Source: Actinomycetota bacterium (GTDB lineage: Bacteria > Actinomycetota > UBA4738 > HRBIN12). Taken from it: a stretch of DNA of 64,000 nt. Position 1 is the stretch's first letter. The number at the start of each line of letters is the position of its first letter. The translations under genes were made by a program, and so were the position numbers. The notes under the pieces were generated by a model. The model searched no databases. It saw only the letters and a program-made list of their open reading frames with translations, and was not told the DNA's origin. The stretch is taken from positions 1,027-65,026 of the forward strand of contig JBOGVD010000102.1 of the NCBI GenBank assembly GCA_050696355.1, read 5' to 3'. This document shows positions 36,459 to 44,671 of this stretch, piece by piece.

Positions 36459-37157
36459 ATGCCGCACGAGGTTCACCAGCGGGACGAGGTTCGTGCCCTG
36501 ATCGATCGGGGTGCACAGCTGGTCGACGTGCTGGGCGCGGAGGAGTTCGAGGAAGACCACCTTCCTGGAGCGATCAACCTACCCCTCCGGAAGATCGAGA
36601 CCGAGGCCAGACGGCAGCTCGCTCCGACCCGGCCGATCGTCGTCTACTGCTGGGACTCCGCCTGAGACCTCAGTCCACGAGCCGCGTGGCGGCTCGAGAG
36701 CCTGGGGTACTCGCAGGTCTACGACTACGTCGACGGGAAACTCGACTGGCTCGCGGCCGGTCTTCCGATCGAGGGCACCAGCGCTGAGCGCCCGCGCGCC
36801 GGCGACGTGGCCCGCGGGGACGTACCGACGTGCCGTCTGGACGAGCCGATCGGCGATGTCCGCGATCGCGTCCGTTCGGCCGGATGGGCTGCGTGCGTGG
36901 TCGTGAACGAGGAGCGGGTGGTCCTTGGCTTGCTTCGCGGACCCGAGCTTGACAAGGGACGCGATGAGCCCGCGGAGCAGGTCATGCGGCCCGGCCCCAG
37001 CACGTTCCGCCCGCATGTGCCGATAGCGGAGATGGCGCATTTCATGGTGGACCACAACCTCTCGACCTCACCCATCACCTCGTCGGACGGTCGCTTGATC
37101 GGGCTTCTTCATCGGGAGGACGCGGTCGGCCTCGCACACGGACACGAACCGCGATGA
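36459..37157 (+). CDS. rhodanese-CBS pair fusion protein with in-frame TGA (candidate selenocysteine at codon 69), copy 2
   Basis: ATG 36459 after GGAGGGG. Track ORFs 36459..36665 and 36807..37157 share a frame. TGA at 36663-36665 sits inside ..PIVVYCWDSA-TGA-DLSPRAAWRLESLGYSQVYDYVDGKLDWLAAGLPIEG... The 47 in-frame codons between the TGA and the next ATG/GTG/TTG (36807) are conserved with copy 1. Confidence 0.55.
36678..36696 (+). promoter_or_regulatory. hairpin 12 nt downstream of the in-frame TGA (candidate bacterial SECIS), copy 2
   Basis: CGAGCCGC-GTG-GCGGCTCG, identical to copy 1 (15905-15923, minus strand). Confidence 0.4.
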
Positions 37158-37178
37158 GACCGTCGAGGAGGGATCGCG

Positions 37179-37349
37179 GTGACGTCCATGGATCGAGGGG
37201 CCGTGGTTCTCACGTGCACGGGGTGCGGCGTCATCGTCGAGGTCTGCGCCTTCTGCGAGCGAGAGGACTGCCGCGAGACGATCTGCTATCGATCCCTGCG
37301 GATACAGCTTGGGCAGTCCATGGCGCATCCGCACGCCCACGGGGGATGA
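37179..37349 (+). CDS. Cys-rich mini-protein (CxxC..CAFCE..DC..ICYR..PHAHGG), copy 2
   Basis: Not in the ORF track (under 60 aa). GTG 37179 or ATG 37188 after GAGGAGGGA. ..MDRGAVVLTCTGCGVIVEVCAFCEREDCRETICYRSLRIQLGQSMAHPHAHGG*, with TGA at 37347-37349. Confidence 0.55.
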   Translation: MTSMDRGAVVLTCTGCGVIVEVCAFCEREDCRETICYRSLRIQLGQSMAHPHAHGG

Positions 37350-37563
37350 GTGAACCGCTCCGGGCAACTCAGCCGGGTCGTGCTCGATACGGGCGTAGTT
37401 TGGATGCGCGCCCTCGTCGATGTCGCGCTCGAAGGTCCGCGGCGCCCGAGCGGTGGATATCCGCGGGTCCGCGACAGCGCCGGAGACCGCCCGGGCCTCG
37501 CCACCGCCAGCATCCACTGCGTGGCCAGCCGCGGGCTGCGACGCGGCAGGCGCTGCAGGAGAG

Positions 37564-38223
37564 CTAATCGCGTGGCGCCGCCTCCTCACGTTCCACTCCG
37601 GGCACGATGAAGACCGGCGCTGGTGAGTGCCGAGCGAGGCGAGAGGCGACGCTGCCCAACAGCGCTTTCGAGGCACCTCGACCCCGGCTGCCGATCGCTA
37701 TGACGTGATGGCCCTCGCGTTCAACGTGTCGACCGAGAGCATCAGACGGTTCCCCCTGCAGCAGGACGGTCTCGGCCGACACGGGGGCAACCGACCTGGC
37801 CGCAACCTCGAGTCGGGCTCTTGCCCGCTTCTCCTCCTCCATCCCGGTGCGAGTCTTCAGGTACCCGTGTTCCATCACGGCCGCCAGCGTGAGCCGGCCA
37901 AGGCGTGGACCGATCAAGCGGACGATCCCGTCCAACGCGGCAAGCGACTCGGGCGACCCGTCGATCCCGACGAGCGCGTCCACCGGCCCGGCTTCAGACG
38001 TTCCAGCCGTCAGGACTTGACCCTGAACCCCTCGGTACTGGCGAAGCTCGGAGATGATCAACGGAACAACGAGTGGCCCCAGCACGGCACCGATCATGGT
38101 CCAGGCGAACCACGAGTGGCCCTGGCGAGCCATGAGGAAGCCGGCGAGGATCCCGATGCTTATCCAGCCCAGTCCTAGAGCCACGAACATCGCGGTTGTG
38201 TTCATGCGTCCATCTTGCGTCAA
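37564..38223 (-). CDS. membrane-anchored universal stress protein (UspA family)
   Basis: 219 aa. Two N-terminal TM helices, then ..ALVGIDGSPES.. and ..HHVIAIGSRGRGASKALLGSVASRLARHSPAPVFIV. Confidence 0.8.
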   Translation of the reverse strand: MTQDGRMNTTAMFVALGLGWISIGILAGFLMARQGHSWFAWTMIGAVLGPLVVPLIISELRQYRGVQGQVLTAGTSEAGPVDALVGIDGSPESLAALDGIVRLIGPRLGRLTLAAVMEHGYLKTRTGMEEEKRARARLEVAARSVAPVSAETVLLQGEPSDALGRHVEREGHHVIAIGSRGRGASKALLGSVASRLARHSPAPVFIVPGVEREEAAPRD

Positions 38224-38300
38224 GAGTCGAGGACACGACTCGCCCGAAGGGCGTTTCGCCCTGCCAGTCTCGTCCCCCGGTGCAGGATGAGCACGGATCG

Positions 38301-40937
38301 CTACCGCATGCTCCCGAGCTGGTCCAGCGTGACTCGAGCGACCCGCCTGCCTCGCGCCCGAAGAGCATGAAGGTCCCCGAGGGCCTGCGCATCGATCAGC
38401 TCGCCGAAGGTGTAGGGCGCGCCGGGGATGGGGACGTCGGCGTCGCGCGTGCGATCGACAACCTGAACGAACACCCCGGTGTCTGGCCCACCTTTGTGAA
38501 GCTGCCCGGTCGAGTGAAGGAACCGTGGCCCGAACCCCACGGTCACGGCGACCTTGTGCCGGTCGCGGATCGCGAAGCGCGCGCGCTGGAGGATCTGCAC
38601 GGTCTCGACCGTCGCGTCGAGGTATGCCTGGATCGCGACATAGTCGCGTGGTTCGAGCGTACGCAGCAGATCCCCGAGGTCATCGAACCCGTCGTTCGGG
38701 ACGGGATCGGATCCGAGGATCTGCTTGGCGGCGCGCTTCGCCTCTTCCACGTTCGGCTGATCGAACGGGTGGATGCCGAGCACGTTTCCGGCCACCGCGG
38801 TCGCGAATTCCCAGCGGAAGAACTCGGAGCCGAGTGAGACGGGGCCGTCTGCGATGCGGACGACCGGGTGCCCAGTCGCTTCGAGTCCCTCGAGCCCGCT
38901 GTGCTCGCCGTAGGAGACGAACAGCCTGTCGGGACCGTAGACATCTGGTCGGCCGACGTCCTCTCCAATGACCGGGACGATCCCCTTGCCGTCCTTGCCG
39001 GTGGACTCGGCGATGAGCTGCTCTACCCAGTCACCGAAGCTCTCGAGCTCCGGGGGCAGGACCAGGGTGAGCTTGTCCCGGCCGCTCGTCTCCGCTTCGC
39101 CCAGGACGGCGCCGAGCCACGCACCGGGGTTCTCCCCGCTCGGCACGCAGTCATGGCATGCGCATGCCATCCCCTCGGCGCCCTCGAGCAGCGCCCCGAG
39201 GTCGGCGCCGATGAGCGACGCCGGGACGACCCCGAAGAGCGAGAGGGCCGAATAGCGTCCGCCGATGTCGGGCGGGTTGAGGAACACACGTCGGAAGTCG
39301 CGCTCGCGGGCAAGCACCTCGAGCGGCGTACCAGGATCGGTGATGGCCACGAACTGGCCGCCCCGCCGGCCCGTTCGCTCGAAGAAGTAGGCGAGGTGGG
39401 ACAGGGTCTCGGTCGTCCCGCCCGATTTGCTCGCAACGACGAAGAGCGTTCGCGCGAGATCGAGCGATCCCTCGATACGCGCGACCGTGACGGGGTGTGT
39501 CGTGTCGAGGACGATCAGGTCGAGGAAGCCGTCGCGCACCCCGAGGGTGCGGCGGATCACCTCGGGCGCGAGGCTCGATCCGCCCATCCCGAGGAGAACC
39601 GCGGTGCGGAAGCCCTCGCCGGCGACCTCCCTCGCGAACGCCTCGATCTCATCCACCCGCTCGCGCATGAGATCCGAGACGCCGAGCCATCCCAAGCGGG
39701 AGGTGATCTCGGCGGGATCGGGTCGCCAGACGGTGTGGTCCTTCCGCCAGATCCTCGCGACGACGTCCTCATGATCGAGCTGAGCCAAACGATCCTCGAC
39801 GTCGTGGGAGAGTGAACCGAGCATCGCCGTCACGCGCGCACGTCCGGCTCGGACCTCCTCGAGCTTCCCCTCGATCACACCGAGCAGCTTCTCGAGGTCT
39901 GCCTGGAACGCGCGAAGCCCGTCCTCCACGAGCCCTTGGGTGATCGCGTCCAGGTCGATGCCGTGCTCGGGGAGGAGCGACAAGATCGCCTCGGCCTCCT
40001 CGATCCCTTCGGAGACCGATCGCGGGCGCACGACACCGTGATCACGGAACGCGTTGAGCGTCGCCTCCGGGATCGTGTTCACGGTGTCGGGGCCGATCAG
40101 CTCCTCCACGTAGAGCACATCTGAGTAGTCGGGATCCTTCGTGCCGGTCGATGCCCACAGGGGTCGCTGCACCCGCGCGCCGGTGGACATGAGGCGGTGC
40201 CAGCGTTCTCCCGAGAAGAGATGACCGAAACGGTGGTATGCACGCTTGGCATTGGCGATCGCGACCTTGCCACGGAGCGGCGATCCCTCGGGAAGCTCCC
40301 TATCAGCCACCGTATCGACCCGCGAGACGAAGAACGACGCCACGGAGACGACGTGGTCCACCGGCTCCCCCGCATCGAGTCGTCGCTCGAGGCCGCGGAT
40401 GTAGGCCCGGGCGACCTGCTCGTACATCTCGACAGAGAACAGGAGCGTGATGTTCACGCTGACGCCGATCGCGGTGAGCTCCTCGACCGCCGGTACGCCT
40501 TCGTCGGTCCCGGGAACCTTGATCATGACGTTCGGCTTCCCGATGCGCTCGAAGAGCGAGCGAGCGGCCTCGACGGAGCCGTCGGTGTCATGCGCGAGCC
40601 GCGGTTCGAGCTCGAAGGACACCAACCCATCGGCGCCACGTGTCTCTTGATAAACGGGGAGGAAGACGTCTGCCGCCATCTGGACGTCGGCGAGCGCGAG
40701 ATCATAGAAGACCTCGATCGCGTTCCGCCCGTCCTTCTCGGCGATCGCACGGATCGCCTCGTCGTAGTCGGTGGAGCTCCCGATCGCCTTCCCGAAGATG
40801 CTCGGATTGGAGGTCAGCCCGCTCACGCCATCCTCGCGGACGAGTCGCTCCAGTCCGCCTCCGGTGATGAGGCTCCGCCGCAGGAAGTCCAGCCAGACAC
40901 CCTGCCCCGCCTCGCGGAGCTGGAGGAGCGGATTCAT
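38301..40937 (-). CDS. bifunctional transaldolase / glucose-6-phosphate isomerase
   Basis: 878 aa. N-terminal transaldolase (..GVSGLTSNPSIFGKAI.., ..VMIKVPGT..) fused to PGI (..LGMGGSSLAPEV.., ..VVASKSGGTTETL..). Confidence 0.93.
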   Translation of the reverse strand: MNPLLQLREAGQGVWLDFLRRSLITGGGLERLVREDGVSGLTSNPSIFGKAIGSSTDYDEAIRAIAEKDGRNAIEVFYDLALADVQMAADVFLPVYQETRGADGLVSFELEPRLAHDTDGSVEAARSLFERIGKPNVMIKVPGTDEGVPAVEELTAIGVSVNITLLFSVEMYEQVARAYIRGLERRLDAGEPVDHVVSVASFFVSRVDTVADRELPEGSPLRGKVAIANAKRAYHRFGHLFSGERWHRLMSTGARVQRPLWASTGTKDPDYSDVLYVEELIGPDTVNTIPEATLNAFRDHGVVRPRSVSEGIEEAEAILSLLPEHGIDLDAITQGLVEDGLRAFQADLEKLLGVIEGKLEEVRAGRARVTAMLGSLSHDVEDRLAQLDHEDVVARIWRKDHTVWRPDPAEITSRLGWLGVSDLMRERVDEIEAFAREVAGEGFRTAVLLGMGGSSLAPEVIRRTLGVRDGFLDLIVLDTTHPVTVARIEGSLDLARTLFVVASKSGGTTETLSHLAYFFERTGRRGGQFVAITDPGTPLEVLARERDFRRVFLNPPDIGGRYSALSLFGVVPASLIGADLGALLEGAEGMACACHDCVPSGENPGAWLGAVLGEAETSGRDKLTLVLPPELESFGDWVEQLIAESTGKDGKGIVPVIGEDVGRPDVYGPDRLFVSYGEHSGLEGLEATGHPVVRIADGPVSLGSEFFRWEFATAVAGNVLGIHPFDQPNVEEAKRAAKQILGSDPVPNDGFDDLGDLLRTLEPRDYVAIQAYLDATVETVQILQRARFAIRDRHKVAVTVGFGPRFLHSTGQLHKGGPDTGVFVQVVDRTRDADVPIPGAPYTFGELIDAQALGDLHALRARGRRVARVTLDQLGSMR

Positions 40938-41073
40938 GACTCACCCCCGACTCGTTCGAGCCGACCGACGGCGGCGTCGCTTTCCGGCACCATCTGATGC
41001 TACTGCTACGGAGGCGCGCCCTTCGTCGAGCGTAGCGAAGGGAAAGCGGAGCCGGAAACCTGTTCGGATCGGG

Positions 41074-41781
41074 TCAGCGTCCCGGGGGGTCGACCCTGAC
41101 GCAGCACTCCCCCGGCACGAACTCCGGCACGATCTCGATCGTCTCGTTCCCCAATCCCCGGACGATCCCCTCGATCAGACGCTCGTTCATGCCGCATACG
41201 AGAGCACGCTCCTGTTCCGCCAGCGCGTGGAACGGGCAGTTCCGCAGACGCAGGCAACCTCGGTCGTCCTTGTAGGGCTCGTACCCGGTTTCCTCGAGGA
41301 CGTGAGCGGTTGCCGCCATCGCACGCTCGGCTCCCGGCGGCGGGATCTCGCGGCGCTCACGCTCCCTCCGGCCCATCTCCAGGCCTGCTTCCCCGGCGGC
41401 TCGCCGCGCCGCCTCCTCTCCCTCCTCCCCCTGTCTCTTCGAGCGGAGGGCTCGCAGGAACACCGACCCCATCAGGTCGTAGCGCCGCTCGGGGATGGTG
41501 ACCCCGATCTCTCGATCCGACGGCTCGTAATACTTCGCGGGGCGACCGGCACCGCGACCTCCGCGGCCGGCCGGCCGGGCGTACGAGTGGATCAGAAGGC
41601 CGCGATCGACGAGCTTGTCCAGGTGGAACGCCGCCAGCTTCCGCGAGATCCCGGCATCCTCGGCCGCCTCCTCACGGCTGACCGGGCGTCCTTGCGCGCG
41701 AACGTAGACGTAGAGCGTCCGACGGAGCTCGTCCTCCAGCGCTCCGAGGGCCTTCGCGTCGCGTCTCAGGTTGGACAGCAC
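41074..41781 (-). CDS. winged-helix transcriptional regulator with Cys-containing C-terminal domain (third paralogue)
   Basis: 235 aa: ..VSREEAAEDAGISRKLAAFHLDKLVDRGLL.., then ..LRNCPFHALAEQERALVCGMNERLIEGIV.. (same C-terminal pattern as 16802..17446). Confidence 0.75.
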   Translation of the reverse strand: MLSNLRRDAKALGALEDELRRTLYVYVRAQGRPVSREEAAEDAGISRKLAAFHLDKLVDRGLLIHSYARPAGRGGRGAGRPAKYYEPSDREIGVTIPERRYDLMGSVFLRALRSKRQGEEGEEAARRAAGEAGLEMGRRERERREIPPPGAERAMAATAHVLEETGYEPYKDDRGCLRLRNCPFHALAEQERALVCGMNERLIEGIVRGLGNETIEIVPEFVPGECCVRVDPPGR

Positions 41782-41906
41782 GTTCGGATATTACACCAAA
41801 TCGAGTGGGTCTTAGTACAGCCATCCTCTTCGAGGCGCACTTACGCCAATAACTTTTGGAGATAAGGACTTGACGGCTTCCCCTTCGGGGTGATAGACCC
41901 TCCCCG

Positions 41907-41930
41907 TAACACCAGCGGACGTTGGTGTTA
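41907..41930. promoter_or_regulatory. inverted repeat TAACACCAGC-GGAC-GTTGGTGTTA abutting the RBS of 41949..42629 (candidate operator)
   Basis: 9 of 10 arm positions are complementary. A related half-site TTACACCAA lies at 41791-41799 next to the divergent regulator start. The intergenic region is lower in GC. Confidence 0.45.
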
Positions 41931-41948
41931 GGAGGAAAGGAGGAGTCG

Positions 41949-42629
41949 ATGGCTCCCAGGGGAAGGATCTGGCAACGCGGGATCGCGGCATCGTTGGCGG
42001 TCGCGACGGCCGCCGCACTCGCGCTCGGGATCACGTCGTTCGCTACGGCGGACACGAGATCCGAGGTGGCGGCGACGACGTCGCGGGTCGTCGAGAAAGG
42101 CGAGTTCCACGACGGGATGCGCCGGCTCTGGGTCGACCACGTGACCTGGACCCGTCTGTTCATCGTGAGCTTCGCTGCCGACCTACCGGACCTGCAGGCG
42201 ACCACGGATCGGCTGCTGCGGAATCAGGTCGACATCGGGGACGCCGTCAAGCCGTTCTACGGCGAGAGGGCCGGGAACCGACTCGCCGGCTTGCTCAGGG
42301 AGCACATCCTCACGGCAGCAGATGTGCTGGTGGCCGCGAAGGCCGGCGACACCCCGGCATTCGAGGATGCGAGTGACTCCTGGTACAGGAACGCGAGGCA
42401 GATCGCCCGGTTCCTTCACGACGCGAACCCGAACCACTGGCCGCTCGCCGAGATGCGGATGATGATGAGGCACCACCTCGACCTGACCCTTGAGGAGGCT
42501 GCCCACCAGCTCGGAGGCGACTACCCCGCGAGCGTTGCCGACTACGACGCCGTCGAGACCGAGATCCTCGCGATGGCCGACATGCTGTCGAAGGGGATCA
42601 TCAGGCAGTTCCCCCAGAAGTTCGCCTGA
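41949..42629 (+). CDS. secreted helical protein, conserved hypothetical
   Basis: ATG 41949 after GGAGGAAAGGAGGA. Signal-like ..GIAASLAVATAAALALGITSFATA. ..LWVDHVTWTRLFIVSFAADLPD..LLRNQVDIGDAVKPFYG..LLREHILTAADVL.. helical repeats. Confidence 0.6.
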   Translation: MAPRGRIWQRGIAASLAVATAAALALGITSFATADTRSEVAATTSRVVEKGEFHDGMRRLWVDHVTWTRLFIVSFAADLPDLQATTDRLLRNQVDIGDAVKPFYGERAGNRLAGLLREHILTAADVLVAAKAGDTPAFEDASDSWYRNARQIARFLHDANPNHWPLAEMRMMMRHHLDLTLEEAAHQLGGDYPASVADYDAVETEILAMADMLSKGIIRQFPQKFA

Positions 42630-42730
42630 GGATCCGGTGGCGAGCGCCCGGCGGCCTGGACGGCCGCCGGGCGTCGCCGGCGCGGAGCTCGAGCTGCTCC
42701 GCGCGAGCCGGGCTCGATTACGCTGGCGAC

Positions 42731-44053
42731 GTGGCACTCCTCGAGAAGACGGTCACGACGTTGCCCGAGTATCTGGCGTCGGGCGGAGGCCGTGGCCTCG
42801 AAGTTGCGCTGGGTGCCTCCCCCGAGGCGGTGATCGAGGAGGTTGCCAAGAGCGGCCTCCGTGGCCGAGGCGGCGGGGGCTTCCCCACCGGCGAGAAGTG
42901 GCGATCGATCCGGACGACCGGGACGGGGACGAGGTTCGCCGTGTGCAACGGGGCTGAAGGGGAACCTGCAACCTTCAAGGATCGGTCCCTCCTCCGGACC
43001 AACCCGTATCAGGTCCTGGAAGGCCTCGCGATCGCGGCGTACGCGGTCGGCGCCGAGCGCTGCTACATCGGCATCAAGGAGGCGTTCGCCGAGGAGGTCC
43101 GGACGGTCGGCCGAGCCCTGGAGGAGATGCGATCCGCCGACGCGCTCGGTGGCACCACGATCGACGTGGTTCTCGGGCCGGACCTCTACCTGTTCGGCGA
43201 AGAGACGGGCCTCGAGGAGGTCATCGAACGCCGCCCGCCGTTGCCCAGGATCGCGCGCCCGTTCATGCTCGGGTTGTTCGCAACGCCCCCCAAGGACAAC
43301 CCCACCCTCGTGAACAACGTCGAGACGCTGGCCAACGTCCCACGGATCCTGGCGGATGGTCCCGACTGGCTGCGAGCGAACGGAACGGAGACCTCACCGG
43401 GCACCATGGTCTTCACCGTGTGCGGGGACGTCCGGCGTGAGGGCGTCTTCGAGTTGCCGCTCGGAACACCCCTTCGTTCCCTGATGGAGGACCAGGCGGG
43501 AGGTCCGAGGGAGGGCGGTTCGATCAAGGCCATCTTCCCGGGGGCTTCGAACACGGTCATCCTCCCGGAGCAACTCGACACACCGATGGACTTCGACTCG
43601 ATGCGCGAAACCGGCTCGAGCCTGGGCGCCGGCGGGTTCGCGGTGTTCGACGACACCGCGTGCATGGTTCGTGCGGCGTACCTCTACTCTCGCTTCCTCT
43701 GGGTCGAGTCATGCGCTCAGTGTCCGGCCTGCAAGTTCGGCACCGGCGAGGTCACGAGAGCGCTGGATGAGATCGAACTTCGGGGTCGCGCCCCGGACCT
43801 CGAGCTGATCCTGATGCGAGCCAGGAGCTCCACCGACGGACAGAAGTGCGCGCTCCCGACGGGAGAGAGTCTCCTGATCCAGAGCCTGGTGCAGGTCTTC
43901 GCCGACGAGTTCCACGCTCATGTCGGCACGTCGTGTCCTCTGCCGCGGGACCTTCCCTTCCACAAGATCGTGGACTGGGATCCCACGACCAACAGGTTCC
44001 GGTACGACCTCACCTATGCCGCTAAGCAGCCGGACTGGACCTTCGCGTCGTGA
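42731..44053 (+). CDS. NuoF-like NADH dehydrogenase (FMN/4Fe-4S) family protein, orphan
   Basis: 440 aa with GLRGRGGGGFPTGEKW and ..ESCAQCPACKFGTGE... No other nuo genes nearby. Confidence 0.8.
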   Translation: MALLEKTVTTLPEYLASGGGRGLEVALGASPEAVIEEVAKSGLRGRGGGGFPTGEKWRSIRTTGTGTRFAVCNGAEGEPATFKDRSLLRTNPYQVLEGLAIAAYAVGAERCYIGIKEAFAEEVRTVGRALEEMRSADALGGTTIDVVLGPDLYLFGEETGLEEVIERRPPLPRIARPFMLGLFATPPKDNPTLVNNVETLANVPRILADGPDWLRANGTETSPGTMVFTVCGDVRREGVFELPLGTPLRSLMEDQAGGPREGGSIKAIFPGASNTVILPEQLDTPMDFDSMRETGSSLGAGGFAVFDDTACMVRAAYLYSRFLWVESCAQCPACKFGTGEVTRALDEIELRGRAPDLELILMRARSSTDGQKCALPTGESLLIQSLVQVFADEFHAHVGTSCPLPRDLPFHKIVDWDPTTNRFRYDLTYAAKQPDWTFAS

Positions 44054-44063
44054 GACGGGGTGG

Positions 44064-44441
44064 ATGAACGTGGACGTGCGTTTGAAACGCGCCTATGAGC
44101 CGGCAGCACCCTCGGACGGATATCGCGTCCTGGTCGACCGACTCTGGCCGCGCGGGGTCTCGCGCGACCGGGCCGAACTCGACGGATGGGACCGGGAACT
44201 ACCGCCCAGCACCAGCCTGCGCCGATGGTTCGGGCACGACCCAGGTCGCTTCGAGGAATTCCGCCGCCGCTATCTCGATGAGCTCCGCGACCAACGGCCT
44301 CGGCTCAAAGAGCTCCGGCGCCGGGCACGGGAAGGCACACTGACGCTCGTCTACTCCGCGCGTGATCGGGACCACAACGACGCGGTCGTCCTCGCCGAGG
44401 TCCTACGCCGCGGGCTCCCGCGATCGCGGGATGACGGGTGA
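44064..44441 (+). CDS. DUF488 (YeaO-like) protein
   Basis: ATG 44064: MNVDVRLKRAYEPAAPSDGYRVLVDRLWPRGVSRDRAELDGWDRELPPSTSLRRWFGHDP... Confidence 0.75.
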   Translation: MNVDVRLKRAYEPAAPSDGYRVLVDRLWPRGVSRDRAELDGWDRELPPSTSLRRWFGHDPGRFEEFRRRYLDELRDQRPRLKELRRRAREGTLTLVYSARDRDHNDAVVLAEVLRRGLPRSRDDG

Positions 44442-44671
44442 ACCCGACACCATGGATGGGCGATGGGGACCTTGCCGGCGTTGCGATACGCTCGGGGCGA
44501 TCCTCGATGCCGTCGGTGGGATCTTCGGGAGATCCGGCATTTAGGCCGTTGGTCTCTTCCCGCCGAGCCGGCTCAGGTGATATCTAGGAGGGGTTGCGTT
44601 CCGCGCCATCGGCTGCCTCGGCGGTGAGATGAGGTCCCGCCGGTGACGATCCCTAACAGGAGGCTTGACAG

